Virus record (IMG/VR): IMGVR_UViG_3300020120_000022
Length of the DNA: 44,059 nucleotides
Direction: 5' to 3' (one strand)
DNA from: a virus
This document shows positions 22,113 to 28,810 of this stretch, one piece after another (position 1 is the first letter of the stretch; every line of letters begins with the position of its first letter). The notes under the pieces were generated by a model. That model did no database searches. It was not told where the DNA came from and saw only the letters and a list, made by a program, of their open reading frames with translations. Both the position numbers and the translations under genes were made by a program.

Positions 22113-23007
22113 GACGGTTTACAACGCCCCGGAAAGTGACGGAAAGCTGCGGCCTGTATCGGGTGCGGTTTACAAAGGAACGGCGGAAAACTGCGCAGAC
22201 ACGAGAAATCATAATCCGCGTGTCGGGGGTTCGAGTCCCTCCTCCGCTACCAAAATCAGCCATTTTTCGGACGGCGATCAGGGCGAGTTTACAACCGCCT
22301 GTAAACTTTTCCGCCGCCGCCCCCGAATACTGATCGGCTATTCCTGCTGCCCGCTGACCTTGGAAGCGTTTGAACACGTCGGGTGTGAGGCGTGGACCTG
22401 CGACCTACTGCCCTCGCGCGGACGGCCTGACCGGCATCTGCAATGCGATGTGTGGGAGGTTGTCTGCGGGGATTGGGACTTCGGTCTGTTCCACCCTATG
22501 TGCACCTATCTGACGATCAGTGCGGCATGGGCGTTCGGTGACGGGCCCTATCACCAGCGGGTGAAGTCGGGAACACTGGTCGGGGCCCCGCGCCGCGCCG
22601 CACGAGACGAGGCAATCGCGAATTTCCAGCGGCTAGACGCGCTGCCTTACCCACATGCCATTGAGAACCCGGCGCCATCCTTCATCAGCAAGGCGTACCG
22701 GCCACCCGATCAGACCATCCAGCCCTACGAATTTGGCAATGATGCCAGCAAGCGCACAGGGTTGTGGATCAAGGGTGTTCCGAAGCTGCGCAGGACAGAG
22801 CGTGTCGTCGGACGAATGGCTGGTGGCAGGGAGCGGTGGGCCAACCAGACCGACAGCGGACAGAATCGCCTGTCCCCCGGCGAAGGGCGCTGGCTTGAGC
22901 GCAGCGCCACGTATTCCGGGATCGCGGCGGCAATGGGCGCTCAATGGGGCAGATACCTGATCGATCGCCTGTCTTTCCCTACGGGTATGGTGGGGGAGGT
23001 AGGCTGA
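22105..23007 (+). CDS. DNA (cytosine-5) methyltransferase-like protein (start problematic; ORF is open from 22069 through the attP core)
   Basis: FHPMCTYLT (PxC-like motif IV), AIENPAPS (ENV-like motif VI), QPYEFGNDASKRTGLWIKGVP, and SATYSGIAAAMGAQWG. No ATG/GTG/TTG lies between the core and the conserved RILIGYSCC N-terminal strand. Confidence 0.5.
   Translation: MPETVYNAPESDGKLRPVSGAVYKGTAENCADTRNHNPRVGGSSPSSATKISHFSDGDQGEFTTACKLFRRRPRILIGYSCCPLTLEAFEHVGCEAWTCDLLPSRGRPDRHLQCDVWEVVCGDWDFGLFHPMCTYLTISAAWAFGDGPYHQRVKSGTLVGAPRRAARDEAIANFQRLDALPYPHAIENPAPSFISKAYRPPDQTIQPYEFGNDASKRTGLWIKGVPKLRRTERVVGRMAGGRERWANQTDSGQNRLSPGEGRWLERSATYSGIAAAMGAQWGRYLIDRLSFPTGMVGEVG
22117..22306 (+). other. attP region: core flanked by GTTTACA(A) arm-type repeats
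   Basis: GTTTACAA at 22117-22124, 22168-22175 and 22287-22294, and inverted TGTAAAC at 22300-22306. These flank the tRNA-derived core at 22208-22252. Confidence 0.55.
22208..22252 (+). other. attP core = 3' 45 nt of a tRNA-Met(CAT) gene (not a complete tRNA)
   Basis: ATCATAA (anticodon loop, CAT), TCCGC, GTGTC, GGGGG-TTCGAGT-CCCTC (T arm), CTCCGCT, A, CCA. No matching 5' acceptor strand (AGCGGAG) or D arm is found upstream. Confidence 0.7.
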
Positions 23008-23204
23008 TGGACGTTGAAACCCGCTTTTGGTCCATCGTTGACCGAGACGGCCTGACCGGGCTGCCGTCCGATATGTGGGCGGCGCTGGAGCAACTGGTGC
23101 GTGACCGGGCTGAACGCCAGAGGGCCGAGCGCAATCGCGACATGTGGAAGGGCCAGTGCGAACGGCAGGCGGAACAATTGCGCGCCTTGAAAGGCCAGCA
23201 ATGA
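23007..23204 (+). CDS. Hypothetical protein, 65 aa
   Basis: ATG in a TGATG overlap, with GGGGGAGG upstream. Confidence 0.6.
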   Translation: MDVETRFWSIVDRDGLTGLPSDMWAALEQLVRDRAERQRAERNRDMWKGQCERQAEQLRALKGQQ

Positions 23205-23398
23205 AGAGGGACCTTCGCAGCGACCCTGAGTTCCTGCGCTACTACGCAATGGTTCTGATCCGCGAGGCCGTCCTTCGCGATCGGCAGGGAGATGGTTCGT
23301 TCTGCGAGTTCCTCCGTGACGCTGCCGAACGGGCAAAGCGTGAAGCCGACGAGATCGAGAACCGCAAGCCAGCGCAAGGCGACCTGTTCGCCGCCTGA
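23201..23398 (+). CDS. Hypothetical protein, 65 aa
   Basis: ATGA overlap with the upstream stop. Confidence 0.6.
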   Translation: MKRDLRSDPEFLRYYAMVLIREAVLRDRQGDGSFCEFLRDAAERAKREADEIENRKPAQGDLFAA

Positions 23399-23428
23399 TC
23401 CCCACCCGCACCACATAGGAGAAACACG

Positions 23429-23602
23429 GTGAACAAAGAACTGATAGCCGAACTGGTGGCTGCTCTGGAGCCGTTCGCGGAATCCTGCTGCCACCTACAC
23501 CCATCGCACCCCGACGACGGGGAAACGCTGGACGGGTTCAAGGTCAGTGATTTCCGGCGCGCTTATCACGTCTACACCAAAGCCAAGCAGGGGGCACAAT
23601 GA
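23429..23602 (+). CDS. Hypothetical protein, 57 aa (below track cutoff)
   Basis: GTG start after AGGAGAAAC, and an ATGA overlap with the next gene. Confidence 0.5.
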   Translation: MNKELIAELVAALEPFAESCCHLHPSHPDDGETLDGFKVSDFRRAYHVYTKAKQGAQ

Positions 23603-23871
23603 CCCAGGAACGCTTGCCAACGGTCAAAGCCGCAGAGAGCCAAGAGCAGCGCGCCCGACGCCTGTTCGATGAAATGGCCCGCAACATTGGGCGAGAAGCC
23701 GTCAACCATCTCAAGGCAATGTACCCGGCAGTTGCCGACAGGGCGACCCTCGGCGGCAATTGGGAGCGGTCGCTGACCAATCACGTCCGCAACGACATCA
23801 ACTGGCGAATGCGCCCGCTACTTATGGCGCTGATCGCAGTCCACCAGGAATGGAGCGAGGACGATGCCTGA
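23599..23871 (+). CDS. Hypothetical protein, 90 aa
   Basis: Starts MTQER within the first copy of a 33-nt repeat. Confidence 0.6.
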   Translation: MTQERLPTVKAAESQEQRARRLFDEMARNIGREAVNHLKAMYPAVADRATLGGNWERSLTNHVRNDINWRMRPLLMALIAVHQEWSEDDA

Positions 23872-23910
23872 CGCCCGTGAACTGGTCGCCAAGGCCAAGC
23901 AGGGGGCACA

Positions 23911-24150
23911 ATGACCCAGGAACGCTGCGAGACGCTGCACCGCGTCACCGCCCGGCTTGGCCATAGCCACATCCGCATGGATCTGAGGCGCGACACCAAA
24001 CTAATCGTGACCACCAATGTCACTGCCAAGCACATCTGCATCGCGGTCGGGCACAATGAGGCGACCATCATTCTCCACCCCCACGCGGCCCGTCGCCTGA
24101 TCGCCGACATTACCGCCGTTCTGGACGGAAAGGACTTCGCTTATGATTGA
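23911..24150 (+). CDS. Hypothetical protein, 79 aa
   Basis: Starts MTQER within the second copy of the 33-nt repeat. Confidence 0.6.
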   Translation: MTQERCETLHRVTARLGHSHIRMDLRRDTKLIVTTNVTAKHICIAVGHNEATIILHPHAARRLIADITAVLDGKDFAYD

Positions 24151-24847
24151 TCACTCCCCCGCCCTGATCGCCGCTGCGAAGGCGATTGAACTGCGCGTGT
24201 TCGGCTACGACCACCCTGACGATCGTATCTGCGCCGCCCTCTGCGAAGCCCTGTCCACCACACCCAGCGAGGAACCGATGAAACAGAAGCGTGACCTGTC
24301 GGAGTGCCAGTCGGCTTTTGATGTGATCGCCAACGCTGCCAAGCCCGAACCCTCCGAGGATCACCTGCGGCGGGCGTGTAAGTTGTGCGGTGAGAAGTAT
24401 GACACCTTTGCCAGCGGGAAACTGTCAACCCGCTATGCTGATAACGTCCACACCGTCGCCCGCCTACTGGCCGAGCGTGAGGCGATGCAGACAAGGGTGG
24501 AGGGGCCGGTCTACCGCCACAAGAAGCGCGGCACCATCTACACTGTGATCGGCGAGGGCAAACTGCAATGCTCGGCCAATGAACTTCTCGATGACGCGCC
24601 AGTGGTGATCTACCGGGGCGAAGATGGGCAGCTATGGGTGCGCGGCGTTCAGGAGTTCCACGATGGCCGGTTCGAGCCCGCCGAACCCACCCCCGATCCC
24701 GACCTTGTGCTGGCGCGGGAGGCGGCGGCGCAGAACGCGAACTTGATCGCCAGCGCAAAGCAAGACCTGCGAGACGGCAAGTGGGACGATCACGAAGGCG
24801 TCCAATCCGCCCTTCGCGCCCTCAAGCTGGCGAAGGAGCAGGGGTGA
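24143..24847 (+). CDS. Hypothetical protein with DUF1653-like segment, 234 aa
   Basis: YRHKKRGTIYTVIGEG ... VVIYRGEDGQLWVRGVQEFHDGRFE resembles DUF1653 (recalled). Confidence 0.55.
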   Translation: MIDHSPALIAAAKAIELRVFGYDHPDDRICAALCEALSTTPSEEPMKQKRDLSECQSAFDVIANAAKPEPSEDHLRRACKLCGEKYDTFASGKLSTRYADNVHTVARLLAEREAMQTRVEGPVYRHKKRGTIYTVIGEGKLQCSANELLDDAPVVIYRGEDGQLWVRGVQEFHDGRFEPAEPTPDPDLVLAREAAAQNANLIASAKQDLRDGKWDDHEGVQSALRALKLAKEQG

Positions 24848-25164
24848 TGCTGGACCGCCTGATCAAGCGCACCGTGGATCGAACTGTGCGCGAGTATGTT
24901 AGCAAGCAACTGGACGATGCAGTGGACCGCGCCATTGCGAACAATCCGCGCTTTCAATTCGTTAAGGCGATGCAACTGCAAATGCTTGGCTGCGATCCGC
25001 AGATGGACCCGCGAGAAGCGTGGAACGTCGCAGTCGATAACTTGAACACCTTCCTTGCAGACGAAGGGATCAAGTTTGGTGACGCGCGATATGACTGGTC
25101 GCGCGATGGTGCAGTGACGCTGATCCACGAACAGGAAATCCACCATTGGGAGTCAGCCCCATGA
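24847..25164 (+). CDS. Hypothetical protein, 105 aa
   Basis: ATG in a TGATG overlap with the upstream stop. Confidence 0.6.
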   Translation: MLDRLIKRTVDRTVREYVSKQLDDAVDRAIANNPRFQFVKAMQLQMLGCDPQMDPREAWNVAVDNLNTFLADEGIKFGDARYDWSRDGAVTLIHEQEIHHWESAP

Positions 25165-25191
25165 CCGCCCTCAAGCTGAAAGGCCAAGCCC

Positions 25192-25437
25192 ATGACCAGT
25201 GATGCGCGGGAGATTGCGGCCCGTCTAACGAAGGCGCAGCGGGACGTACTCCAACGCCTTCCCCGCGTCTATGGGCGCTGGTGGGGGCCGATTGATGTTC
25301 TCGTTGCCAACGACTTGATCGACATGGCGAGGTCCACAAACCCCCGAGGCAAATCTTATGACCGGGGATGGTGGGAGCCCACGGTTCTTGGCCTCGCAGT
25401 GCGCGCCGAACTCGAACGCCAGGAGCAACAGAAATGA
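25192..25437 (+). CDS. Hypothetical protein, 81 aa (paralog of 16865..17062)
   Basis: EIAARLTKAQRDVL and LGLAVRAELERQ are shared with the 65-aa protein. Confidence 0.6.
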   Translation: MTSDAREIAARLTKAQRDVLQRLPRVYGRWWGPIDVLVANDLIDMARSTNPRGKSYDRGWWEPTVLGLAVRAELERQEQQK

Positions 25438-25937
25438 CCAGTGAACCCGGTGAATATGAGGCGCTCTGGCGGAAGGCGTTACAGGCGTCCCGATCTGCCC
25501 TCGACCCACGATGCAACCCACCCAAGCATGAAGCCGCCGCATCCATCCTGCGCGATCATGTCGAGGCTCGTGATGCCAAGCGCGATGCCGCGTGGAGGGA
25601 AGCCCTCGAAGACCAGCGCCGCCAATGGGCGGCTGCCATACAGGACAAGCTCGATGCATACGAGGCGAAGCTGGCCGAAGTGCGGGCGGATTACATGGAT
25701 GCCAGAGTGGTCAGAGAGGGTTTTGCCTACCGCGACAAGATCATTGCCGACCAAGCGGCGGAATTGGAGCGGCTGCGGGCGTTCATCGCAAACCCACCGG
25801 AGCATCGCTATTGGGGCGCTGGTGAGCCTGACTGCCCGCGCGAGATCAAGTGTGCGAATGGTGAACTTCATACCATGCGCTGCAAGGTCTGTGGGCAGGA
25901 TAGCCCGCGCGACCAGATTTGCCAGGGAGGCATGTGA
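25434..25937 (+). CDS. Hypothetical protein with C-terminal zinc-ribbon, 167 aa
   Basis: ATGA overlap upstream. C-terminal CPREIKC ... CKVCG. Confidence 0.6.
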   Translation: MTSEPGEYEALWRKALQASRSALDPRCNPPKHEAAASILRDHVEARDAKRDAAWREALEDQRRQWAAAIQDKLDAYEAKLAEVRADYMDARVVREGFAYRDKIIADQAAELERLRAFIANPPEHRYWGAGEPDCPREIKCANGELHTMRCKVCGQDSPRDQICQGGM

Positions 25938-26275
25938 TGATGCACGATCTATGGGCCAAGGTTGAAAAGGCAAAAGCCGAGCGCGCGGCAAAATGGCCGT
26001 CCGAGCAGGACGCGATCAACACCATCCAGCAGTGCTACCACCGCCTCAGGGAGCTTGGCTGGAATGACCCGCGATACTGCCCGAAAAACGGCGACCCGCT
26101 GGACCTGATCGAAGCCGGAAGCAGCGGCATACATCGCGGCCATTACATGGGGGAGTGGCCGGACGGAGGCTGGTGGGTCCACGACGGCGGCGACTTATGG
26201 CCTAGCCACCCTTTCCTCGCCCGCACCGCCTTACAGGAGACAGCCAAGATGGAGGCTCAAAGCCATGTCGGATGA
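25937..26275 (+). CDS. Hypothetical protein, 112 aa
   Basis: ATG in a TGATG overlap (alternatives 25934 GTG and 25940 ATG). Confidence 0.55.
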   Translation: MMHDLWAKVEKAKAERAAKWPSEQDAINTIQQCYHRLRELGWNDPRYCPKNGDPLDLIEAGSSGIHRGHYMGEWPDGGWWVHDGGDLWPSHPFLARTALQETAKMEAQSHVG

Positions 26276-26702
26276 ACGTAGCAATCAGGGCGATGCCCTA
26301 CGGGCCCGGGCTGCCGGTCCTTCGGACCCGAGCCCTGCGGTCTCGGCCACAGGCGGCATCCCTATCGCGCTGGAGTTCCGCCCCGATCACAAGGGCCGCT
26401 TTGATGAGATCGTGGCGCGGTTCGCGGACGGCATGGTTCACGTCGAAACCATGAGCAACAAGTCGTGCTACGTCGGGTTCTACTGGGACGATGGGCGTTA
26501 CTGCCAGTGGTGGGTCAGCTCCGACAAAAAGCTGCACTATCATCACGAGGACGGCACGGGCGACCCGCCGCGCTTCACCGCGCAAGGGGGCGAAGCCCGG
26601 CAGGGCGGAGACGCCGCAGGTGGCTCCGTTCACGAGCACCCGGTGCCCGCAGGGGATGCGCACAACCAGCCCAACGCCGGGCCACACCACTTCTCGATTT
26701 AG
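26265..26702 (+). CDS. Hypothetical protein, 145 aa
   Basis: ATG overlapping the upstream 3' end by 11 nt. Confidence 0.55.
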   Translation: MSDERSNQGDALRARAAGPSDPSPAVSATGGIPIALEFRPDHKGRFDEIVARFADGMVHVETMSNKSCYVGFYWDDGRYCQWWVSSDKKLHYHHEDGTGDPPRFTAQGGEARQGGDAAGGSVHEHPVPAGDAHNQPNAGPHHFSI

Positions 26703-26785
26703 GAGACACCCATGTCTAGCCTAGCCAATGAACTGGAGAAGCTGGCGGGGGATGTCACCGGCGAACACATGAAGGGGAAAGGGTG

Positions 26786-27022
26786 ATGGCTTGGCAGCCC
26801 ATCTTGAAGATCATCCCGGATGGTCGCCCGGAACACACCACAGCCGGATTTGACTTCGGGGCGACCTATGAATTCCGCCGAGGGTTCGACGGAGAGCCGT
26901 GGGTTGGCAAGGGTGAGGACTTCCACCCGCAGTTCAACATCGCTGGGCTTTGGTTTAGGCCGCTTCCCACCCTGCCTTACTGCCCGACTGACACTGCCCA
27001 ATCATGCGCACTCACCGCGTAG
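26786..27022 (+). CDS. DUF551-like protein, 78 aa; last gene of the rightward operon
   Basis: MAWQPIL ... GLWFRPLPTLP. Its 3' end overlaps the convergent i-spanin 3' end by 46 nt. Confidence 0.5.
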   Translation: MAWQPILKIIPDGRPEHTTAGFDFGATYEFRRGFDGEPWVGKGEDFHPQFNIAGLWFRPLPTLPYCPTDTAQSCALTA

Positions 27023-27435
27023 GCGTAGAGGTCGCCACAGGTTCGCACGTCATCTGTGCTAACCATGACGGCTTCGGTGGGCACTGTCTCAGGAATTCGG
27101 GCAGGATCGGCTTCACTGACGCTGCCGGAGGTGCCGAAACTACGCGGTGTGCGCACCCGGCGAGCGTCCACAAAATGGCGGGTAAGAACGCGAGCCCGAT
27201 CCAGCCCCGCATCATGGTTTGCATCAGCTTCACGGGCTTGTTCCTCATAATGGGCGCGCTCTTGCGTCCGCAAGGCTTCCTGCGCCTTCACAGCGCCCGC
27301 AGAGGCCGCATGGCAGGCATCGCGCTGGGCTATGGCCGACAAGCGTCCAGACCGCTCCAGTGAGCCCCACAGGACCGCTCCCGCCAGCGCAAGGGCGAGG
27401 GCGGCAATGATCGCCAGTGCCGCCCTGCCAGGCAT
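26977..27435 (-). CDS. i-spanin (Rz-like), 152 aa
   Basis: N-terminal TM (AALAIIAALALALAGAVLW), a charged helical periplasmic region, last gene of the lysis cassette, and a lipoprotein ORF embedded in another frame. Confidence 0.7.
   Translation of the reverse strand: MPGRAALAIIAALALALAGAVLWGSLERSGRLSAIAQRDACHAASAGAVKAQEALRTQERAHYEEQAREADANHDAGLDRARVLTRHFVDARRVRTPRSFGTSGSVSEADPARIPETVPTEAVMVSTDDVRTCGDLYAYAVSAHDWAVSVGQ
27012..27215 (-). CDS. o-spanin (Rz1-like lipoprotein) embedded in the i-spanin gene, 67 aa
   Basis: MMRGWIGLAFLPAILWTLAG-C lipobox, then a Pro-rich mature part (SAPPAASVKPILPEFLRQCPPKP). It is entirely inside 26977..27435 in a different frame. Confidence 0.65.
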   Translation of the reverse strand: MMRGWIGLAFLPAILWTLAGCAHRVVSAPPAASVKPILPEFLRQCPPKPSWLAQMTCEPVATSTPTR

Positions 27436-27599
27436 CAGAGCTTGCCTTCGCGCTTGAGCACGGAGATCAGTGCGAACACCGCCACCGCGACAGCCGAGGC
27501 GGCTGAGTAGATGGGGGCCGAGATGCCGATCGCGGCAGCCATACCGGCGAACCCGGCATAGGTCGAAGGCTCATCGAGCCGAGAGAGAATCCAGTCCAT
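27435..27599 (-). CDS. Small membrane protein of lysis cassette, 54 aa
   Basis: ATG (MDWILSRL) after GGAGGG, a C-terminal TM (AASAVAVAVFALISVL), and a TGATG overlap with the i-spanin start. Confidence 0.55.
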   Translation of the reverse strand: MDWILSRLDEPSTYAGFAGMAAAIGISAPIYSAASAVAVAVFALISVLKREGKL

Positions 27600-27621
27600 T
27601 GTTGTACCCTCCGCAGCAGAC

Positions 27622-28038
27622 CTAAGCCAGCTGGCCACCCTGCTGATAGTAGGCCAGAGGATGCCCTCCCGTCATTTGGAAGTGCGGCATCTCACGAAAG
27701 CGCGGCCACTCGTAGCCCCACTCGAACCCGTGCTTCTTGAAAATGGCGGCGATCTTCGGCCACCATGGATGCTTGCCGGAAAAGTCAGGCTTGCCGCCCG
27801 GGTTGGGGTAGAGATCCAGCGCCATGCGATACTGGTGGAAGCTCTGCCCGGCGCGGGCGTTCGTCACCTTTGGACCGGGCTTGGTACGGCCCTGCGCGTA
27901 AAGCTCATCCTGCTCGGCGCCGGAACGATAGGTGCAGGTCACCAGCACCGACATGCCGGCTGCAGCGCATTCCGTGAGGGCTGCTTTCGCCGCGGCGGCA
28001 ACGCGGGGGTTCAGGTGATCGAGATCCCGGTCGCTCAT
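27622..28038 (-). CDS. Endolysin, peptidase M15 (D-Ala-D-Ala carboxypeptidase/L-Ala-D-Glu peptidase type), 138 aa
   Basis: SFHQYRMALDL (S-x-H-x(3)-A-x-D) and EMPHFQ zinc-ligand pattern. ATGA overlap with the holin stop. Confidence 0.75.
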   Translation of the reverse strand: MSDRDLDHLNPRVAAAAKAALTECAAAGMSVLVTCTYRSGAEQDELYAQGRTKPGPKVTNARAGQSFHQYRMALDLYPNPGGKPDFSGKHPWWPKIAAIFKKHGFEWGYEWPRFREMPHFQMTGGHPLAYYQQGGQLA

Positions 28039-28472
28039 GCCACCTTCTCCCCGCCGACCTTCGTCGCCCAGGCGGTGAACAGCCGGTCGACCGAATAGGG
28101 GCCGAGATAGCTTGCCGCGATTGCCGCGCTGATCGTCGGCTGCGCCTCGAGCCGGGCCCACACGCACAGCCCATAGACGATCCAGCCCATCGCCAGCGCA
28201 ATCGGAAGGTCGAACAGCAGCGCCCATGTCAGCGGCTTGCGCTTGCCTTGCTGGACCTGCTTGGCGTGAAACATCAGTCGACCGATGACGCCCGCGCCAC
28301 CGGTCCAAACATACGGCGCAGCGTCCGTTACCCCCGGCCAGTCTGACACTCGCGATACCCCCTGTTGAGAAATTTGATCAGTGCGCAGGCTCCACAGGAG
28401 GGCTGCGAAGACGATACCGCTCACGAGGAGGATGCTCATTGCGGCGATGAATTGGGCGTAGAGGACGATCAC
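28035..28472 (-). CDS. Holin-like membrane protein, 145 aa (GTG start; alternative ATG 28439)
   Basis: Several TM segments (FIAAMSILLVSGIVFAALLW, LTWALLFDLPIALAMGWIVYGLCVW), directly upstream of the endolysin. Confidence 0.65.
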   Translation of the reverse strand: MIVLYAQFIAAMSILLVSGIVFAALLWSLRTDQISQQGVSRVSDWPGVTDAAPYVWTGGAGVIGRLMFHAKQVQQGKRKPLTWALLFDLPIALAMGWIVYGLCVWARLEAQPTISAAIAASYLGPYSVDRLFTAWATKVGGEKVA

Positions 28473-28810
28473 AGCGCGAACCGCAGATTGGCCGCCACGA
28501 CCCCGCCCTGGATCGCGATCGTCAGGAACTGAAACAGCCTGGCGGCTTCGGGGTCACGGTAGCGCAGAAACCGCGCCACCGCGTAATGCGCGACGCCAGT
28601 GCCAGCCTTGACGGCGATCAGCTTGCCCGGCGAGGGATTGCGACCGAGCAGCGGGTTCGCTTCGTGGCACACATCCTGATTGAGGCAGTCAATCGTTTCC
28701 GCCGTATCGACCGCATTGAGCACCTGGTAGGCGATCTCGCGGTTGGTAAAGCCATCCGCATGGGCGGGCGTGGCGATCAGGGCCAGCGCGAACAGGGCGG
28801 TCCTGGTCAT
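28469..28810 (-). CDS. Secreted/membrane protein with DUF5658-like EANPLLG motif, 113 aa
   Basis: Signal peptide MTRTALFALALIATPAHA-D. ATGA overlap with the tailspike stop and GTGA overlap with the holin start. Confidence 0.55.
   Translation of the reverse strand: MTRTALFALALIATPAHADGFTNREIAYQVLNAVDTAETIDCLNQDVCHEANPLLGRNPSPGKLIAVKAGTGVAHYAVARFLRYRDPEAARLFQFLTIAIQGGVVAANLRFAL

Noticed and set aside
22180-22252. Complete tRNA gene.
   Set aside because: Only the anticodon loop to the CCA end is tRNA-like. There is no complementary 5' acceptor strand (AGCGGAG), no D arm, and no pairing partner for the anticodon stem. This fits an attP core, not a functional tRNA.
25161-25202. 13-aa mini-ORF (MTALKLKGQAHDQ), and the 24-aa mini-ORF at 26712..26786.
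   Set aside because: Both are too short to support without expression data. They may simply be spacers that maintain translational coupling.
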